Positions 59,865 through 64,000 of a stretch of 64,000 bases of DNA are shown here, in pieces (position 1 is the first letter of the stretch; each line of letters starts with the position of its first letter). A program made the translations under genes and the position numbers. This stretch comes from Candidatus Marinacidobacterales bacterium (GTDB lineage: Bacteria; Acidobacteriota; Vicinamibacteria; Marinacidobacterales; DATDRI01). The notes under the pieces were generated by a model that was not told where the DNA came from, ran no database searches, and saw only the letters and a program-made list of their open reading frames with translations. The stretch covers positions 2,368,001 through 2,432,000 of the forward strand of contig OZ245365.1 of the NCBI GenBank assembly GCA_965226495.1, read 5' to 3'.

Positions 59865-60396
59865 GCTCCAGCCAATTTGCTACCGGAACGTCCCGGCGTC
59901 CCAAAACAAGAGCGGTCTGCTATCGAGGGTATTGCGGAACTCCCCGAGGCCGGCGGCTTACCCGGGTTGTTGGAGCAACAACCTCCCGCTCCAGCCAAAC
60001 TTTTCAACAGTTTACGAGAAACCCTCAAGCATCACTTTAGGGTCAGGGAAGCACAACCAAGGTCAGGGGAGATCGACAGAGATGAAAGAACTATTGGAGC
60101 TCATGGCGAGAGCACTCGTCGACAATCCGGATGAGGTCTCGGTGTCGGAAGTCGGCGGACAGCAAGTGGTCATCTTCGAGCTCAGGGTGGCTCAGGAGGA
60201 TTTAGGAAAAGTGATCGGCAAGCAAGGGCGTACTGCGCGGGCGATCCGCACGATAGTGTCGTCTGCCGGCATGAAGCATGGTAAGCGGTATCATCTCGAA
60301 ATCATTGAGCCCTCGCCGCGGCCCGACGACAGATAGTCTGTCAGGCGAGGGTGAAAAGACGGAGTTGGGGGCGCAGCAACCTCCCGCACTAGCCAT
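59865..60396 (+). repeat. Dispersed copies of the tRNA 3' end (att-like)
   Basis: 59865-59881 GCTCCAGCCAATTTGCT; 59982-59999 CCTCCCGCTCCAGCCAAA (identical to 59788-59805); degenerate copy CCTCCCGCACTAGCCA near 60380. Confidence 0.75.
60082..60336 (+). CDS. khpA: KH-domain RNA-binding protein, KhpA-like
   Basis: [19 protein letters not shown]...[18 protein letters not shown]. Confidence 0.88.
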   Translation: MKELLELMARALVDNPDEVSVSEVGGQQVVIFELRVAQEDLGKVIGKQGRTARAIRTIVSSAGMKHGKRYHLEIIEPSPRPDDR

Positions 60397-60566
60397 TTCC
60401 CTCCAAAGCTGAAAAAACCCAGAGACTGTCGGGCCACTGCAGGGCAACCGCAAGCCTGGCGTCCATTTAGTCCCAGCCCCGGCCGGTGTTGCGTGCCGCG
60501 ACGGTCTGGTGACATAATTCCGCGCCGCCATTGCGGTGGCCGCAGCACCGAAGAGGAGAAAATACG

Positions 60567-61272
60567 ATGAAGAATCGATATCTGAGCCCATCAGCCGTTC
60601 TGGCTCTGGTCACGCTGATTGCGCTCGCGCTCGCGAGCGATGCCACGCTTGCCCAGGAGAAGCCCAAGGCCCCCGAACCGGGAGTGCCGGAGCTCTTCAC
60701 GCTCCAGGGTCAGTTCGTGCGGATCGCCTACAACAACGAGGGGTACGTCTCCCTCGGGTACCGGGTGGCCAACCAATCCGTCGGAGAGGAGTGGATGCTC
60801 CTAGAGATGGGGGCCACGCTGCGTGCCGGTGGAGAATACAATGCTAAAACGCGAACACCTCTCAATCGAGACCCCTGACGGCAAGACGATCCCTTTGGCC
60901 TCGAACCAAGACTACCGAGCGGCGAATCTCCGAGCCCTCGAGCAGCGGGCAACCGTGGTGCGCGACTCGATCAACTACTTCCCGCCGGGGGCGAGGCAGG
61001 CCTGTCCAATCCGTTTCTTCGCCGAGCTCGGTGGGCGTGCCTCTCTCGCCTATGACCAGGTCACGTTGAGCAAGCAGCGCGCATGTCTCGGCCGCGTTTT
61101 CTTCAACATCCCCGGTGGCATCCAGTACGGTCAACACTGGCTCAACGTTCAGTTCGAGAACAGCCTGGTGAGAGCTCCGTTCCGAATCCTGACCAAGGAG
61201 GAGGAAAAAATCTTCAGCAAGACGTGGAAGGACATCAAGAAGGAGCACGAGAAGGCGTTCAGCAAGACCTAG
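60567..61272 (+). pseudogene. Secreted hypothetical protein with a frameshift near 60830-60840
   Basis: AGAGGAG RBS and signal peptide in one frame; the coding-like C-terminal half lies in another frame (60823-61272). Confidence 0.65.
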
Positions 61273-61413
61273 CCCCTCGCCAAGTCACTTAGAGATCTCG
61301 GGCCAGGGAGCCTCATCCAAGGTCTTGGTCCCACCAGGGCGGCGGGCTGGTTTCGCCTGTCACTCGGCATCGCCGACTTTGTCAAGAAGTACCTCGCGAA
61401 AAGGAGGAACTTA

Positions 61414-62184
61414 ATGCGGAAATTAGTCCTCGTTGCCGTGGCGATGAGCCTGGTAGCCCTCACCCTACCGGCCGCGGCCCAAGACGAAAACGTGGTGGGC
61501 ATGATCATTCACATAACGCCCAAGGCAGGAATGAAAGCCCAATGGGAAGAGGGTGCCAAAAAACACATGGCGTTCCATCGCGAAAAGGGAGACTCCTGGC
61601 AATGGTTCTCCTGGGAGATCGTCAGCGGCGAGTTCGCCGGTGACTTCGTGATCGGCACGTTCGGGCGCAAGTGGGCGGATTTCGACAACATGCCGGTGAG
61701 CCATGCGGATGACGCAGCGAATCTGAAGGTCAATATGGACCCCTACACGAAATCCGCGAATATCAAGTACATCGCGGATCTTCCCAAGCACAGCGTCCAA
61801 CCGAAAGACGGGACTCCGCCCGCGAAACTCGTCAGCCTCGTCACCGTGCATGCGAAACCCGACAAGGCGGAGAGTTATCTCAATGCGGTGAGCAAAATCC
61901 CAGAGGCGCTCGAGAAGGGCGGGTCCGACATGAAGTACTACTTCACCCGTGCCGTCACCGGGGGGCGCCAACCCTCGTTCGTCATCTTCTTCCCGCATCA
62001 AAGCTGGGCAGAGATGGCACCGGGCGAGACGCCGTTGCGAAAAATGCTGGAAGAAGCCTATGGGCGAACTGAGGCGGAATCCGTTTTCCGCGCGCTGAAC
62101 GAGTCGACCTACGACATGCGGACGGTCATCTTGGCGTATAGGGAGGACTTGAGCTACATGCCAAGTTCTCCGAGCTCAGACTAG
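61414..62184 (+). CDS. Secreted hypothetical protein, two NIPSNAP-like alpha/beta barrel repeats
   Basis: AGGAGG RBS, signal peptide, two homologous halves (KAG..QWE...WADFD / KPD..SY...WAEMA). Confidence 0.7.
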   Translation: MRKLVLVAVAMSLVALTLPAAAQDENVVGMIIHITPKAGMKAQWEEGAKKHMAFHREKGDSWQWFSWEIVSGEFAGDFVIGTFGRKWADFDNMPVSHADDAANLKVNMDPYTKSANIKYIADLPKHSVQPKDGTPPAKLVSLVTVHAKPDKAESYLNAVSKIPEALEKGGSDMKYYFTRAVTGGRQPSFVIFFPHQSWAEMAPGETPLRKMLEEAYGRTEAESVFRALNESTYDMRTVILAYREDLSYMPSSPSSD

Positions 62185-62215
62185 CGAATGCCATTTGGGG
62201 GCAGGCTCTGCTCCT

Positions 62216-62947
62216 TCAGCGGTCGAGGCGAAGCAGGTTTTCGACCGACAGCACCCCGGGCGTCGAGCTGACGATTCGTTCCGCCTTCACTCTCTCCACC
62301 TCCGAGCGCACTACACCCGTCAAAAGGACGCGGCTACTGAATACGATGATGTGAATAGGGGGATAGGCCTGTGACGCATACGGTCGAAAGGTTGCGTCGT
62401 TGTAGACACGACGGGCCAGAGTCTCTCGAAGCTGGTCATCGTTCGCCGACGTGGGCAGGACGCTAATTTCGTTGCGGACTTCCTGGACACCCAGGATCTG
62501 GGACGCCATCCCTTCGATATCGGACCGCTTGAAGGGCATCGTGACCCAACCGATCAGGGAGACGACGCCGTCTTCCACACGCCCGGTCACCTCGTCGTGG
62601 ATCGTGTAAGACGGATAGCGACGGATTTTCTCCGCCAGTTGCTTGGCCAGATCCTGATCGCTTTCACCGGTGGCAATTGTCAACTCGCTCAGAATCTCTT
62701 TCGCCTGGGGCACGTCGAGAGCTAGAGCGATGATCTGGTCCTTCGTCCAGACGTTGGGCACCTTGCCGTTGAGCGTGACGACGCCGTCCTCGACAGAGAC
62801 ATCGAAACTGTCCTTGAGAAGATTTTCCGCTTGGAGTTTCTGTTCGACGAGACGCTGAATTTCTGCGTCCGAGGGCGGAGCGGGGTCCTGGGCCGCGGCC
62901 GCCGTGATCAAGAGGAGCACCGTGGGTAGAAATTGAAGTCGCCGCAT
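62216..62947 (-). CDS. BON-domain protein (three BON domains)
   Basis: Signal peptide; VEDGVVTLNG, VEDGVVSLIG..GVQEVRNEI, VLLTGVV..GVLSVENLL. Confidence 0.88.
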   Translation of the reverse strand: MRRLQFLPTVLLLITAAAAQDPAPPSDAEIQRLVEQKLQAENLLKDSFDVSVEDGVVTLNGKVPNVWTKDQIIALALDVPQAKEILSELTIATGESDQDLAKQLAEKIRRYPSYTIHDEVTGRVEDGVVSLIGWVTMPFKRSDIEGMASQILGVQEVRNEISVLPTSANDDQLRETLARRVYNDATFRPYASQAYPPIHIIVFSSRVLLTGVVRSEVERVKAERIVSSTPGVLSVENLLRLDR

Positions 62948-63050
62948 TTCTCGGATGCTATTCCCGGGAACTGTATTTAGCAAGGCGCTGACCCATGTTT
63001 TGAGCTAACATACCCGCCGAATCGAGCCAGACTGTTAAAAGGAGGACTCA

Positions 63051-63515
63051 ATGGGCAAGTTGGTTCACACATCCCGCATCCGGATCGAAAAAGACAAAGG
63101 ACCCCTTCGACGCGCGTACATCGAGAATTTCGAGGATCCGTTGCGGTTCGGGGTGCATACCAATATCAAGGAGTTTTATGGGCTCGAGCCCGAAGAGGAG
63201 CTCCCGGCAACGCTGGACCACATCGTGGCCGGCGTCGGTGGGTGACTGGTCGGCACCCTTGGGGGCGCACTGGAGGTGCGCGGGATTCCGAGTCAGCCAG
63301 ACAAACTCTCGGCCGACGTCGAAGGTGACATCGAGGATATCGACGGCGTCATGGTGATTACCAAGATCCGAGTTCGATACCGCATGAAAGTACCGAAGGA
63401 CAAGCGTGACAAGGTCGACCGAGCCCTCGCCACGCACGAGCAAAAGTGTCCGGCCGCGACGAGCGTCAAACGAGGCATCGAAGTGGAGTGGTCCGCGGAC
63501 ATCGAAGAAATCTGA
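63051..63515 (+). CDS. Probable selenoprotein: OsmC-like protein, Sec at TGA 63243-63245
   Basis: Continuous frame PATLDHIVAGVGG-U-LVGTLGGALEVRGI...HEQKCPAATSV; the TGA occupies the first conserved OsmC Cys position and the second Cys is retained; GGAGGA RBS. Confidence 0.85.
63265..63281 (+). promoter_or_regulatory. Putative bacterial SECIS element
   Basis: GCGCACT-GGA-GGTGCGC stem (6 Watson-Crick pairs plus U-G), loop 26 nt after the UGA; possible lower stem TGAC..TCGG/CCGA-GTCA. Confidence 0.68.
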
Positions 63516-63531
63516 GGAGGTAAACCCACGC

Positions 63532-64000
63532 ATGGACGAAGAAGCGCTTCGCAGCGTGATGAGGGTCTTCCCTCAAGGAGTCGTCGTCGTGACCGCCGCC
63601 CCGCCGGGTGGTGAGGAACGCGGAATCACGGTCAGCTCGTTCACGTCGGTGAGCTTGAAACCGCCGTTAGTGCTGATCTGCATCCTGGAAGAGGCGCAGG
63701 CGCACGAAGCGATCGACAAGGCGAATGCGTTCGCGGTCAACATCTTGGGCGATGACCAAGGCGCGATTTCCGACCACTTTGCGAAGCCGAACCTGACGAC
63801 CGAAGAGCAGTTCAGTAAGTTCGAGCACGAGGACCGAGCGGGTGCCCCCTCCCTCATAAAGGGCTGCTTGGGTTATTTAGATTGCAACGTTGTGCACAGG
63901 CTCGAGCAGGCCGATCACACTTTGTTTTTGGGAGAAGTGCAGGGCGGCAAGGTGCTCAAGGAGGGGCGTCCGCTCGTTTTCTACTCCCGCGGTTATTGGG
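63532..64000 (+). CDS. Flavin reductase-like protein (partial, runs off the right edge)
   Basis: MDEEALRSVMRVFPQGVVVVT..GITVSSFTSVSLKPPLVL..FAVNIL..ADHTLFLGEV..PLVF; GAGGAGG RBS. Confidence 0.9.
   Translation, partial: MDEEALRSVMRVFPQGVVVVTAAPPGGEERGITVSSFTSVSLKPPLVLICILEEAQAHEAIDKANAFAVNILGDDQGAISDHFAKPNLTTEEQFSKFEHEDRAGAPSLIKGCLGYLDCNVVHRLEQADHTLFLGEVQGGKVLKEGRPLVFYSRGYW

Noticed and set aside
59788-60000. tRNA-end repeats as a mini CRISPR array
   Set aside because: The repeats are the tRNA 3' end, spacing is irregular, and there are no cas genes.
59806-60081. N-terminal extension of the KH protein
   Set aside because: It runs through tRNA-end repeats; family similarity starts at ATG 60082.
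63048-63533. 161-aa minus-strand ORF as the real gene
   Set aside because: Antisense shadow of the OsmC-like gene, which has an RBS and family motifs.

Overview
GC-rich bacterial chromosomal segment. The gene content suggests Acidobacteriota, probably Vicinamibacteria-like; this is inferred from TIGR02999-type ECF/Ser-Thr kinase modules, kinase-PD40 proteins, a long LptC/A-like protein and miaB-DUF151-parAB. The left 17.4 kb is an accessory island. It holds a partial HNH-family gene, a tandemly duplicated ECF43-like sigma factor/membrane kinase module (one ECF copy reduced to 20 codons, one kinase frameshifted), and three divergently transcribed large secreted proteins. Each of the three is preceded by the same 56-bp motif, a candidate ECF promoter. 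Two carry zinc-protease motifs and a shared C-terminal DIKPG domain; the third is cut off by an IS481-like remnant. The rest is mostly housekeeping: sensor kinase, BamB-like protein, guaA, dnaE, accA, lptC/A-lptB-rpoN-hpf-hprK-rapZ-PTS, ssb, tol-pal, recN, miaB, parAB. The ORF track splits two probable selenoproteins, a signal-peptide-bearing AhpC/TSA-like UxxC protein and an OsmC-like protein; each has an in-frame TGA followed by a similar GGN-loop SECIS-like hairpin. Other signals are a tRNA-Asn(GTT) with a Gln-like body followed by several copies of its 3' end, two HNH paralogs with matching upstream architecture, and 9-nt tandem micro-repeats with a shared CAGGC/GCCTG core lying in frame in several unrelated genes. 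All calls come from reading the sequence; no searches were run.
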